Of a stretch of 26,955 bases of DNA, positions 16,968 to 25,873 are shown piece after piece (the stretch's first letter is position 1; every line of letters starts with the position of its first letter). The notes beneath the pieces are model-generated. The model made no database searches, was not told the origin of the DNA, and saw only the letters and a list, made by a program, of their open reading frames with translations. A program made the translations under genes and the position numbers. Source of the DNA: Promethearchaeota archaeon (lineage in GTDB: Archaea; Asgardarchaeota; Lokiarchaeia; Sigyniarchaeales; SOKP01); assembly GCA_013375475.1 (NCBI GenBank), contig JABXKD010000050.1:1-26955 (forward strand), read 5' to 3'.

Positions 16968-17348
16968 GTTTAAATCTTCAACAAAAGTGCTAAAATCTTC
17001 ATATTCTAGATCCAGTTCATTAAAGTCTCCTAATCCCTCGCAAATAGCCTGAGCTACTAAATGTTTACAGAAACTCCTTTTTCTTTGGATAACTACATTC
17101 TTATAAAAATCTTGACAGGAACAATATAATTTTGGATAAATCATATGTTCACAATCCTTTCCTAAAGCGACCCAAATAATTCGATTAGAAGGTCTATAAT
17201 TATACTTTGTTATTCCCCTCTTTATAACTTCCAAAACTTTATCTACTTTATTAGGAAAAATAGAATCAATAAAATTAATCAGCTCATCATCGATTACTTT
17301 TTTATTTTGAGCCATTGAGTATACATCAAATAATAAATCTTTAGACAT
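16956..17348 (-). CDS. SWIM zinc-finger protein (Sws1/ZSWIM7-like)
   Basis: YCSCQDF-x11-FCKHLVA SWIM motif in a stand-alone 130-aa protein. Confidence 0.82.
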   Translation of the reverse strand: MSKDLLFDVYSMAQNKKVIDDELINFIDSIFPNKVDKVLEVIKRGITKYNYRPSNRIIWVALGKDCEHMIYPKLYCSCQDFYKNVVIQRKRSFCKHLVAQAICEGLGDFNELDLEYEDFSTFVEDLNLKF

Positions 17349-17379
17349 TTGATAATCATATAGTAATTATAATTGATAA

Positions 17380-18702
17380 ATGAAAAGGATACTAAGTTTG
17401 TCTAATATTTTATATTTCCCAACAAGATATTTTCCTGCTATCTCGGGAGCGGAATTTTATATCCAAAGTATTGCAGAAATACTTTATTCGAAATATAATT
17501 ATGGAGTTAATGTATATACTTCTTCAGCAATCGATTTTAAAGGTTTGAGGGAACCAAACGGGAAAATTATTAATTTTGGAGAAAAATACTACGGACAGGT
17601 AAACAATTTAAAAATAACCCGTTTTCCAGTTAAATACAATATCTCTCTGGACGATAAACTTAAATTTATAAAAAGTATCAAATCTTACATGGATTTAGGA
17701 TTATCAGACGAGTGTTTGATAGGATACTTGAGGAATGGGCCATATTTGGAAAAATTTCTTGAAGAAATAGTGCTTCCCTTTAAAAATTCCTTCAATTTAA
17801 TCCATACCACTTTCTTTCCCTATTTCAATACGATCCTATCACTAATTTTAGGAAAGCTTGCTAATAGACCTACTGTTTGTACTCCCTTTTTTCATTTCTC
17901 AAATCCTAGGTATCTCAAAAAGGAGTATTTCGAACCCTTGCTAAAGTTTGATAAGATTATTGCTTGTACTCACATTGAAAAAAAAGTACTAACCGATAAA
18001 CTGAGTATTCCAAAAGAAAAAATAAAAGTAATTTCCATGGGAGTCGATTTCACGAAATTTATGGTACAACAGACACAGTTAACTAATAGATTTAAATTTA
18101 AGCAAAAGTACTTCAAACCAAATGAAAGAAATTACAAAATGGTATTATTCTGTGGATACAAAAATTACGAGAAAGGAGCAATTTCAATTTTAAAAGCAAT
18201 TCCCGATATAGTGAAAAAATACAGAAAAGTCTATTTTGTGTTCATCGGACCGTCTACTCTTGCGTTTAATAGAGAACTCTCAAAAATTCAGAAAATTGTT
18301 GATGTACGCGTTATTAACTTAACCCCCGATAATTTGAAAGGGTATTATGACGCAAAAAAGATCGCAGCGTTTAACGAAACCGATGTTTATTTAATGCCTA
18401 GCCGAAGTGATGCCTATGGTATAGCATTTCTTGAAGCATGGGCCTCTAGTAAACCCGTTATAGGTGCAAACATTGGAGCTACCCCAGAAGTTATAAGAGA
18501 TAAAATTGATGGGTTACTCGTTGAGTTTGATAACCCTATTGACATCGCAGATAAAGTTGGAACGCTATTGAAAAGGAAGCGATTAAGCAGAAATTTAGGA
18601 TTAGAGGGAAGAAATAAAGTTCACGAAAACTTTTCTTGGGATCAAGTAGCAAAAAGAACGCACGAAACTTATCAAGAATTAATTTTAAAACAAGGTGTAT
18701 AA
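17380..18702 (+). CDS. Glycosyltransferase family 4 (GT-B)
   Basis: YFPAISGAE, SMGVD, KNYEKG, MPSRSDAYGIAFLEAWASSKPVIG, FSWDQVA. Confidence 0.92.
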   Translation: MKRILSLSNILYFPTRYFPAISGAEFYIQSIAEILYSKYNYGVNVYTSSAIDFKGLREPNGKIINFGEKYYGQVNNLKITRFPVKYNISLDDKLKFIKSIKSYMDLGLSDECLIGYLRNGPYLEKFLEEIVLPFKNSFNLIHTTFFPYFNTILSLILGKLANRPTVCTPFFHFSNPRYLKKEYFEPLLKFDKIIACTHIEKKVLTDKLSIPKEKIKVISMGVDFTKFMVQQTQLTNRFKFKQKYFKPNERNYKMVLFCGYKNYEKGAISILKAIPDIVKKYRKVYFVFIGPSTLAFNRELSKIQKIVDVRVINLTPDNLKGYYDAKKIAAFNETDVYLMPSRSDAYGIAFLEAWASSKPVIGANIGATPEVIRDKIDGLLVEFDNPIDIADKVGTLLKRKRLSRNLGLEGRNKVHENFSWDQVAKRTHETYQELILKQGV

Positions 18703-19924
18703 GCTGAAAAGAATATCTGGAAATCCCTACTTGAACAAAAAAGATGGGGACGTTTTAATTGATAAAATCTCACATCACGAAATTTTGAAAACCAATACTA
18801 CTCCTCTCATCATATTTTTAGAAAATAGGATTAGAAATAATATAACCACCTTTCTTAAGGTTTTTAACTCTGTTTTTGATAATGTTCAGTGTTTTTATTC
18901 CTTCAAGGCTAATTTCCTCCCTGAAATTTGCAGTATTGTTCAGTCAGAAGGATTAGGTGCGGAATTAATTGGTTTACCTGAATTAAAATTAGCATTAAGG
19001 CTAAAATTTCCTCCAAGTAAGATAATTGTAGGAGGGCCTTATTTACCCCAAGAACTTATTGAAAAATGTGTCCAAGAAAAAATTAAAGAAATCGTAGTAT
19101 ATAATATAAAAGATTTAACCAGAATCAATTCAATAGCAAAGAAATATCAAATAGTACAAAATATTTGCCTAAGAATTAACACTCAAAAATACGGAGGCAA
19201 ACTAGGCATTGATTTAAAAAACTCAAATGTAACTAAACTAAAAATAAAAATCAACGAGTGTAAAAATCTTAAATTTACAACATTACTTTCTCATTACTCC
19301 ACTCAAATGAATAACTTTGACTTGTTTAAGAAAAATCTAAATACCCTCTTAGAAAAAATCAAAATCTTGTTCGATGCTGGTATTAGATTAGAAAACATAA
19401 ATTTGGGAGGAGGATTTCCTGAAGCAGTTATAATGCCGGAAAAACAATTAAGAGAATTAGCAACAAATATAAATTCCATTATTCAAAAATCTAATATTAA
19501 TTTTAAGAACATCTATTTTGAACCAGGGCGTTATATAGTTGGGGATGCTGGCTTGATCTTTGCAAAGATTATTCGAGTAACTGATGATAGATGGATTTTT
19601 TTAAATATCGGTAATCATATTTGTCCCAAATTTGCAAAGTCTTCCCTAAGATTTTACAATGCATCAAAAATCGAGGAACCGCACAAACATAAGACATCAA
19701 TAGCTGGAATAATACCTACTGATCAAGATGTTTTAGCTAAAGATTATTTTTTTACAAACGACCTACAAGAAGAAGACATTGTAATTGTTACAAATATGGG
19801 AGCTTACAATCTGACATTCTCTAATCGTTTTCCTTACCTTCTTCCTAACATCATTCTTGTAAAAGATAAAAACATTACAAATATTTTCAATCCTTCTTTA
19901 AATCGTGATTTTTCTATAATCTGA
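18695..19924 (+). CDS. Fold-type III PLP enzyme (diaminopimelate/ornithine decarboxylase family), atypical active site
   Basis: TP, YSFKAN (PLP lysine), LRIN, KLGI, INLGGGF, FEPGRYIV, MGAY. Confidence 0.85.
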   Translation: MYKLKRISGNPYLNKKDGDVLIDKISHHEILKTNTTPLIIFLENRIRNNITTFLKVFNSVFDNVQCFYSFKANFLPEICSIVQSEGLGAELIGLPELKLALRLKFPPSKIIVGGPYLPQELIEKCVQEKIKEIVVYNIKDLTRINSIAKKYQIVQNICLRINTQKYGGKLGIDLKNSNVTKLKIKINECKNLKFTTLLSHYSTQMNNFDLFKKNLNTLLEKIKILFDAGIRLENINLGGGFPEAVIMPEKQLRELATNINSIIQKSNINFKNIYFEPGRYIVGDAGLIFAKIIRVTDDRWIFLNIGNHICPKFAKSSLRFYNASKIEEPHKHKTSIAGIIPTDQDVLAKDYFFTNDLQEEDIVIVTNMGAYNLTFSNRFPYLLPNIILVKDKNITNIFNPSLNRDFSII

Positions 19925-20105
19925 AAAGCTGGGAAGAATATCATAACTCTTAAACTTCAATATTTTTATCTTTCTTTTTTTAAGGTATTTTAATTACCTA
20001 GAGCTTATCCAGGTATTTTGTAAGTAATATGTGAATATCATATTGATTCTAATTTTTTATTTATATTATTTCTATAACAAAAACAAAACGATCTGTTGTT
20101 TTTTA

Positions 20106-21218
20106 ATGGAATCTCTGATAAGGAATGCTAAAAAAAGAGAAGTGGTTCAACCTGCTCGAGAAAACTTTGGTTACGCTAATATAAAAATAGTAGGTTGTGG
20201 AGGAGCTGGAAATAATACTCTTAATCGATTAATGAAAATAGGAATTCGGGGTGCTAAGTGTGTTGCTGTGAATACGGATCTCCAACACTTAGAAAGCGTA
20301 GAGTCGCACATAAAAATGCTGATTGGAAAAAACTTAACGCGTGGTTTAGGTGCGGGAGGTAACCCAGACATAGGTAGAGCGGCAGCAGAAGAATCACGTG
20401 AAGATATAACAAAAGTATTAAGAGAAGCAAATTTAGTTTTTATAACTTGTGGAGAAGGAGGGGGAACTGGAACCGGAAGCGCTCCTATTATTGCAGAAAT
20501 TGCTAAACTTGAAGGGGCAATAGTGGTTGGTGTAGTCACTTTACCGTTTGAGACTGAAATAGGGAGGATTGATAAAGCCCAAACAGGTCTTAATGAACTA
20601 AAGAAGTATGCCGATACTTTAGTAGTGATCGATAACAATCGCCTTTTGGATATTGCTCCTGACTTACCTATAATAGAGGCGTTTAGTGTTGCCGATGAAG
20701 TCTTAGCAACGATGGTTAAAGGAATAACAGAAACAATATCTTTACCTTCACTGATCAACTTAGATTTTGCCGATGTTAGAACAATTTTAAGTACAGGAGG
20801 AGTAGCAATAGTAGGAGTAGGTGAATCTGGTAATAAAGATAATCGTGTAGAAGATGCTATCGAAGATGCACTCAACTCACCCCTGCTAGATGTCTCAATT
20901 GATGGTGCAAAGGGCGCTCTAATTCATATTTGTGGAGGAAACGATATGACTCTAGCAGAAGCAAATTCTGTGGCAAAGAAAATATCAGAAAAAATGGATG
21001 TAAACAATGCTATGGTAATCTGGGGGGCTAGAGTTAACGATGAGTTTGAAGGTTATTTAAGAGTTATGCTCCTCATAACAGGCATTAAATCACCTCAAAT
21101 TTTTGGACAAAATATATCGAGTGTTCAAACATTTGCTAGTAACGATATAACTAAGAATCTTAATGAAAGTAAATTATCAAATGACATTTTAAATATAAGA
21201 GAGCTCTCATTTGATTAA
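20106..21218 (+). CDS. ftsZ: Cell division protein FtsZ
   Basis: VGCGGAGNN, VNTD, GLGAGGNP, GEGGGTGTG, NLDFADV. ATG at 20106 preferred because the 25 upstream codons of the track ORF are AT-rich intergenic-like sequence. Confidence 0.97.
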   Translation: MESLIRNAKKREVVQPARENFGYANIKIVGCGGAGNNTLNRLMKIGIRGAKCVAVNTDLQHLESVESHIKMLIGKNLTRGLGAGGNPDIGRAAAEESREDITKVLREANLVFITCGEGGGTGTGSAPIIAEIAKLEGAIVVGVVTLPFETEIGRIDKAQTGLNELKKYADTLVVIDNNRLLDIAPDLPIIEAFSVADEVLATMVKGITETISLPSLINLDFADVRTILSTGGVAIVGVGESGNKDNRVEDAIEDALNSPLLDVSIDGAKGALIHICGGNDMTLAEANSVAKKISEKMDVNNAMVIWGARVNDEFEGYLRVMLLITGIKSPQIFGQNISSVQTFASNDITKNLNESKLSNDILNIRELSFD

Positions 21219-21265
21219 TCTTATTTTTCTTACTCCTTTTTAAATTCATTTCTTAAAATAATTAT

Positions 21266-21619
21266 ATGGATCATAAATTTAGTCTCGAAACTCAAAATGA
21301 AGTTAATGCGGTTTTAGATAACTTAGCGGAGTGGAAGAAGCTATTTTCTATCAATGTAGACTATTTTTATGAAGGTTGGGCAATTTATCTTAAAGAAAAA
21401 AGCATCTATCCAAGAAGTATCGTAATATTCAAGTCATACTCAGAAAATTACTACTCCATTAAAAGTTTTGAAATACATTCTAGTAATAAAAAAGAATTCT
21501 TTGAAGAGCTATACGTAAACGAAAAGATTGACACACTTTCAGAACTTAATGCTGAGATTAAGGAAATAATCTATGGAAAAGATCTTTTAGGGTCAATATC
21601 GAGTATGAAATATGATTAA
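21266..21619 (+). CDS. Hypothetical protein
   Basis: 117-aa ORF downstream of ftsZ; no recognised motif. Confidence 0.65.
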   Translation: MDHKFSLETQNEVNAVLDNLAEWKKLFSINVDYFYEGWAIYLKEKSIYPRSIVIFKSYSENYYSIKSFEIHSSNKKEFFEELYVNEKIDTLSELNAEIKEIIYGKDLLGSISSMKYD

Positions 21620-21656
21620 AAAGCTTCTAAAATTACAAAAAAAGATAGCCAATATA

Positions 21657-22214
21657 CTAAAATTGAGGTTTATACATTTTCCTAAATTCTTCCTTTTTCT
21701 TATCATTATATTTATTTTCTAAGAACTTAAGGACCGAGTGGTGAGGCATCCCGCTTAGCAACATATTTACAGCTTTTCTGGCGATTTGCAAATTATCGTA
21801 GTCAGAGATAATTGAAACCGTTTTTCCATAAACAGATAGATAGCTCTCTGCGAACCTTTCTATTGCCTTTCTCATCTCCCCGTTCCTACCTATAATTCTT
21901 CCTTTTAATCTTTTTATTTTCTTCTCAGATTTCCCTAATAGGTCGTAGAGATTAAAAACTTCTATATCAAAAGTTTCATCTAATAATTTCATAGCTTTTA
22001 CTGGGTTGAAACCTCTGTTTATTGCGTTAACTACTTTTTGTGCCGAAAATATGTTAAGTGGAGTGTAATTCGGATGTTCCAATATGGGTTTGAACTCGCA
22101 ATCCCCTGTTTTACTATCTAAAACGATTTGTATTCCTAAAGACTCTTCTATTTCTTTTTTAGTTTCTCCGTTTTTTCCAATTATTACGGCAATCCTATTT
22201 TTTCCAACTTTCAT
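21657..22214 (-). CDS. dim2: Pre-rRNA processing KH-domain protein (Dim2/Pno1)
   Basis: RIAVIIGKNG, AINRGF, RLKGRIIGRNG, SVYGKTV. Follows RIO1. Confidence 0.9.
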   Translation of the reverse strand: MKVGKNRIAVIIGKNGETKKEIEESLGIQIVLDSKTGDCEFKPILEHPNYTPLNIFSAQKVVNAINRGFNPVKAMKLLDETFDIEVFNLYDLLGKSEKKIKRLKGRIIGRNGEMRKAIERFAESYLSVYGKTVSIISDYDNLQIARKAVNMLLSGMPHHSVLKFLENKYNDKKKEEFRKMYKPQF

Positions 22215-22264
22215 AATATTCTTTTAAATTTAATAACTTCAATAATGAACAATTGTATTTTTAT

Positions 22265-23125
22265 CTATTTTAAATTAATTACTTCGTAGTAAAATTCTTC
22301 AGGATTAGGTACTTCTACTCCAATTTTTTCAAAGTAATTAAATATATTCGTGATATCTCTCACCAGATAGACTTCTGCTTTTGGATGATGAACTGTTACA
22401 GCTTGGGAAATATCAATTACAACCGGTTTTTGATTGTGATATAAAATATTAAATTCTGATAAATCGCCGTGAACTAAATTTGCTTTTTGATACAAATCCT
22501 TCATAAAATTAAGAACTTCATTTAAAAGATTAATGGGATCCTTTGGAGTTTTTATATCTTTAAGCTTTGGAGCTGGAATCGATTCAAAACCAATATATTC
22601 CATGATTAATATATTATTTTTTACATAAATTGGCTCGGGAACGCTTAAACCTGCCTTATACGCTCTCTTAAGATTTTTAAACTCTTTACTAGCCCAAAGA
22701 TAAATAATTTTAGATACATTGTTAGGTATTTTTTTAAATCGAGGATCTCCAATAATGTAATTTCTCATCCACCTTGAAGTGTTTGTATCAATTTTATATA
22801 TTTTTATTGCGTATTCTTCATTATTTTGACCATACGCAAGATAAACATTTGCTTCTTTCCCAGCTGAGATAATACCCTCAATTCGGTTTAGAGTTCCAGT
22901 CTTTAATAATTTATTCAGTTGTAGATACATTCTTTCGTCAAATACAGAATCAACCGTCGCTCGTTTCTTTGTTTGGTCTATTTTTTTAATTCGTTTAGAA
23001 TCAACATTCTTTTTTTCTAAATCATCAATATTTTTGTTAAAATCGTCAGCAATATTGTCATCACCAATTCCATTTTCGATTTCATCATCTCTCTCTTCTT
23101 CAAGTTCTCCTTGTTTCTTTTCCAT
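22265..23125 (-). CDS. rio1: RIO1 serine/threonine kinase
   Basis: ISAGKEANVY, AIKIY, YIIGDPRF, WASKEFKNL, VHGDLSEFNIL, IDISQAV. Confidence 0.95.
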   Translation of the reverse strand: MEKKQGELEEERDDEIENGIGDDNIADDFNKNIDDLEKKNVDSKRIKKIDQTKKRATVDSVFDERMYLQLNKLLKTGTLNRIEGIISAGKEANVYLAYGQNNEEYAIKIYKIDTNTSRWMRNYIIGDPRFKKIPNNVSKIIYLWASKEFKNLKRAYKAGLSVPEPIYVKNNILIMEYIGFESIPAPKLKDIKTPKDPINLLNEVLNFMKDLYQKANLVHGDLSEFNILYHNQKPVVIDISQAVTVHHPKAEVYLVRDITNIFNYFEKIGVEVPNPEEFYYEVINLK

Positions 23126-24046
23126 TTATTCCTCCTCCTCTATCTTTTTAATTGTAACTTTATCATCAAAGAAAAATGAAAAGTTTTTTACCAGCTTCGT
23201 TTGTTTTTCGTCTCTTAATATAACCCTGTTTTTAGTAAAATTCTCGATCAGATACTTTGAATCGTTGATTAAAATATATTCGTTTTTTCTAAATGGCATA
23301 AATTTTATAAGTGCTTTCAGTCTATAGATATTTCTTCCCTTTTGAGAATCTCTTCCTACCAGCTTTTTTGTCCTCTTTAAAATGAATTGACGCTTCACTT
23401 TAATATGCGAAATTATCCGGTTCATTAGCTCGTTTGTACTTAAATAAAGATCAACACCAAGTAGTTGATCCTCTATTTTTGCGATGTATTGCTTTTCGTC
23501 TCTACTAAATAAATTTTCAACTAGTAGAGAAATATCATCTAAAACATCTTTTATAATACCAAATTGAGTTTTATCGTTCACCCTTAATTGAACGATCGAA
23601 AGATAATACATTCCTCCTCTTAAATTGGTACAGTTTTTACACAGATCGTAATCTATAATTACTCTTAGTGTTTCTTGTTGTGTAAATTTATGATTTCCTG
23701 CCATCTCTCCTGATATAATAACATCTAAAGATGTTAAAAGATTCCGAGAAGAATATATTAATTTATCAAATGAAAAGGAAAAGGCGATTAAACCTTGTCT
23801 TGTGTATTTTTTTAATAAAAAACGAGTTAAAACCTCTTCGATGACGAGAAAAATTTCGTTTTCAGCAGGTTCGAACCATTCTTCTTTTTTTGAATATTTA
23901 AAGCAATCCATGCATAGCCTAAAATTATAACTTTTAGGTAATTCAAATAAAGGATTCTCCTCTAAATAACAATTAAGGCACATTCCAAAATGAGGTGCGT
24001 TTTCATCTAGTTCTGAACCACATATTGCACAAAATCTGTGAGGCAT
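23126..24046 (-). CDS. nmd3: NMD3 family ribosome biogenesis protein
   Basis: FCAICG..CLNC..CMDC..CKNC, YYLSIVQLR, GVDLYLST, KLVGRD..GRNIYR. Confidence 0.9.
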   Translation of the reverse strand: MPHRFCAICGSELDENAPHFGMCLNCYLEENPLFELPKSYNFRLCMDCFKYSKKEEWFEPAENEIFLVIEEVLTRFLLKKYTRQGLIAFSFSFDKLIYSSRNLLTSLDVIISGEMAGNHKFTQQETLRVIIDYDLCKNCTNLRGGMYYLSIVQLRVNDKTQFGIIKDVLDDISLLVENLFSRDEKQYIAKIEDQLLGVDLYLSTNELMNRIISHIKVKRQFILKRTKKLVGRDSQKGRNIYRLKALIKFMPFRKNEYILINDSKYLIENFTKNRVILRDEKQTKLVKNFSFFFDDKVTIKKIEEEE

Positions 24047-24342
24047 TAAAACATCATTTTCATTGCCATTGGTATACGATTTATTTTTCTTACTCCATCT
24101 TTCGGTAGGAGTTGAAGGGCTATAGCCTTATTAGTTATATTTTTCCCAACAATATTAAAATACGAGGCTTCCTTTAAAATCTCCATCGCTTGCTCTACGC
24201 TCAGAAGCTCTCCCCCATAAAAATTGGAGTTGATCTCAATTCTTAAATTCCCTTCCGTAAAAACTCGATTTAATAAATCCTCGTCACAACAAGCGACAGT
24301 ATCAATATCATTCCTTCTATGGATTTTAAGGTATACTTTCAT
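24046..24342 (-). CDS. DUF424 family protein
   Basis: VACCDEDLL, FYGGE, NIVG. Usual position between aIF2beta and NMD3. Confidence 0.88.
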   Translation of the reverse strand: MKVYLKIHRRNDIDTVACCDEDLLNRVFTEGNLRIEINSNFYGGELLSVEQAMEILKEASYFNIVGKNITNKAIALQLLPKDGVRKINRIPMAMKMMF

Positions 24343-24363
24343 TTAATCCTCAATATAACACAT

Positions 24364-24777
24364 TTATTTTTCTCTAATTTCTTCCCGTGCGCCGCAAGCG
24401 GTACATTTAAGATAATTTTTTTTACCTTCTCTTTGAATCTCTGTATCAGGTTTATTACATATCCTACATAATACATATGTTTTTGAATATTGTTCAATCA
24501 ACCTGTTCAATACTTGTTCTTTATAGATACCTTTTAGAAACAATTGTTGTCCTCTTATTTCTCCCATTGTTCCTACTTTTTTCAGAAAGACACCGATGAA
24601 ATGCTTGCGATCTCTAATTAAAGTATTAATTATCTTGTTAAAGTTTGTAATGTACGTATTTTTAGCTTCAATTCTTATTTCAACTTTTGGAATTTCGAAT
24701 CTAGACAATTTCTTCACGTTATCTGGAATCTTCTCGTAGGCTTTATCTATTAATTCGTCATAATTATTGATATCCAT
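24364..24777 (-). CDS. eif2b: Translation initiation factor 2 beta subunit
   Basis: YDELIDKAY, RFEIP, TYITNF, YVLCRICNKPDT, LKCTACGA. Confidence 0.95.
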   Translation of the reverse strand: MDINNYDELIDKAYEKIPDNVKKLSRFEIPKVEIRIEAKNTYITNFNKIINTLIRDRKHFIGVFLKKVGTMGEIRGQQLFLKGIYKEQVLNRLIEQYSKTYVLCRICNKPDTEIQREGKKNYLKCTACGAREEIREK

Positions 24778-24855
24778 ATTATTCTACCTATCTTTAATAG
24801 TTCTAATAATTAATCCTACAAAAAAAAATTTACGATTTTGAGAAATCAGACTTCT

Positions 24856-25623
24856 TCAATAACTTTGATAAATATTTTCTTCTGTAGGATAAATTCGTGA
24901 TTCCATCACTAAATCGTTAATATACGTTCTAAGCTTATTCTCGGGTATTTTTAATCTTGTTTGTAACTCTTCAAGGCTGATTCCATTTCCATCTTGAGAA
25001 TATTCGTATATTGTAGAAAAGATTTCTTCCTTAATAGTATCAACTTCTGAGGTTTTAGAAGGTTCGCTATCTCCAAATAATTGATCAATATCGATATCGT
25101 CCGAAAGATTATCAAAAAACGAGTCCTCATCAATATCTGAATCAGCTTCTTCGATTTTAGGAATTTCATGTATATCTCCTAATTTTATTTTCTTAATTAC
25201 TTCGGCTTCTCGTAGTAAAACGTAATTAGGTTCCTTTATTTTTCTAATTGATTTAATATACCTAATCTGTGTTTTTTCATTAAAATATCCCACTCCCCCT
25301 AAAATATCCACTAAATCTCCTATATTTATATCTCTATATTTTTCCGAATCAATATCCCACTTGACACCTGAGATTATTCCGGTACCGTCATCAAGCTCAA
25401 ATCGTAAGTTAGTGTTAACTGTTTCTGTTGGAGAATCAATATCATTTGGTCTGTTACTAACAAATTCTTCTTTATTAGTAATCGTAGCAACGAGTCTAAT
25501 TCTTTTAAGGGCGCCGAAGATCGTGAATAGTGACTTTTCTTTCGCGTTATACCTGCCTTCTACAAGGTGTTTAACCCAACAACGAATTGCGGGAGAAAAC
25601 TCAAAAGTTCTAGTTTCACTCAT
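24856..25623 (-). CDS. RPA32/RPA2-like subunit (OB fold, acidic linker, winged helix)
   Basis: RIRLVATI...FELDDGTGII..IGDLVDILG OB fold, D/E-rich linker, and C-terminal wHTH (GISLEEL...LRTYINDLVMESRIY). Confidence 0.8.
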   Translation of the reverse strand: MSETRTFEFSPAIRCWVKHLVEGRYNAKEKSLFTIFGALKRIRLVATITNKEEFVSNRPNDIDSPTETVNTNLRFELDDGTGIISGVKWDIDSEKYRDINIGDLVDILGGVGYFNEKTQIRYIKSIRKIKEPNYVLLREAEVIKKIKLGDIHEIPKIEEADSDIDEDSFFDNLSDDIDIDQLFGDSEPSKTSEVDTIKEEIFSTIYEYSQDGNGISLEELQTRLKIPENKLRTYINDLVMESRIYPTEENIYQSY

Positions 25624-25873
25624 AATTTATTTCATATGAAGAATCGTTTTTAAAATCAGTTACCTAATATCGATTATTCATTAATATAGAATTGATTATT
25701 AAGCGTTAAATATAACTTTTTTATCAAAAAAAATCTTTTTTAGAGGTTCTTAGTTTGACTAAATGTTTGCGATTTGATTTGAAAAAGACTATCACTAAAT
25801 GGATCCTAAGAAACTTTTAAATAAAAAAAAAAAGATAGAATTTATTTATTATTTTCGGTTTATGGTCGAATCT

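Noticed and set aside
19925-20015. Imperfect inverted repeat (CTGGGAAG ... CTTATCCAG) upstream of ftsZ
   Set aside because: Short, mismatched and widely spaced; not distinguishable from chance.
20031-20105. 25-codon N-terminal extension of FtsZ from GTG
   Set aside because: AT-rich promoter-like sequence; ATG at 20106 gives a normal-looking N-terminus.
20171-20875. 234-aa antisense ORF inside ftsZ
   Set aside because: Shadow of ftsZ codon usage; S/A/I/T-rich with no motifs.
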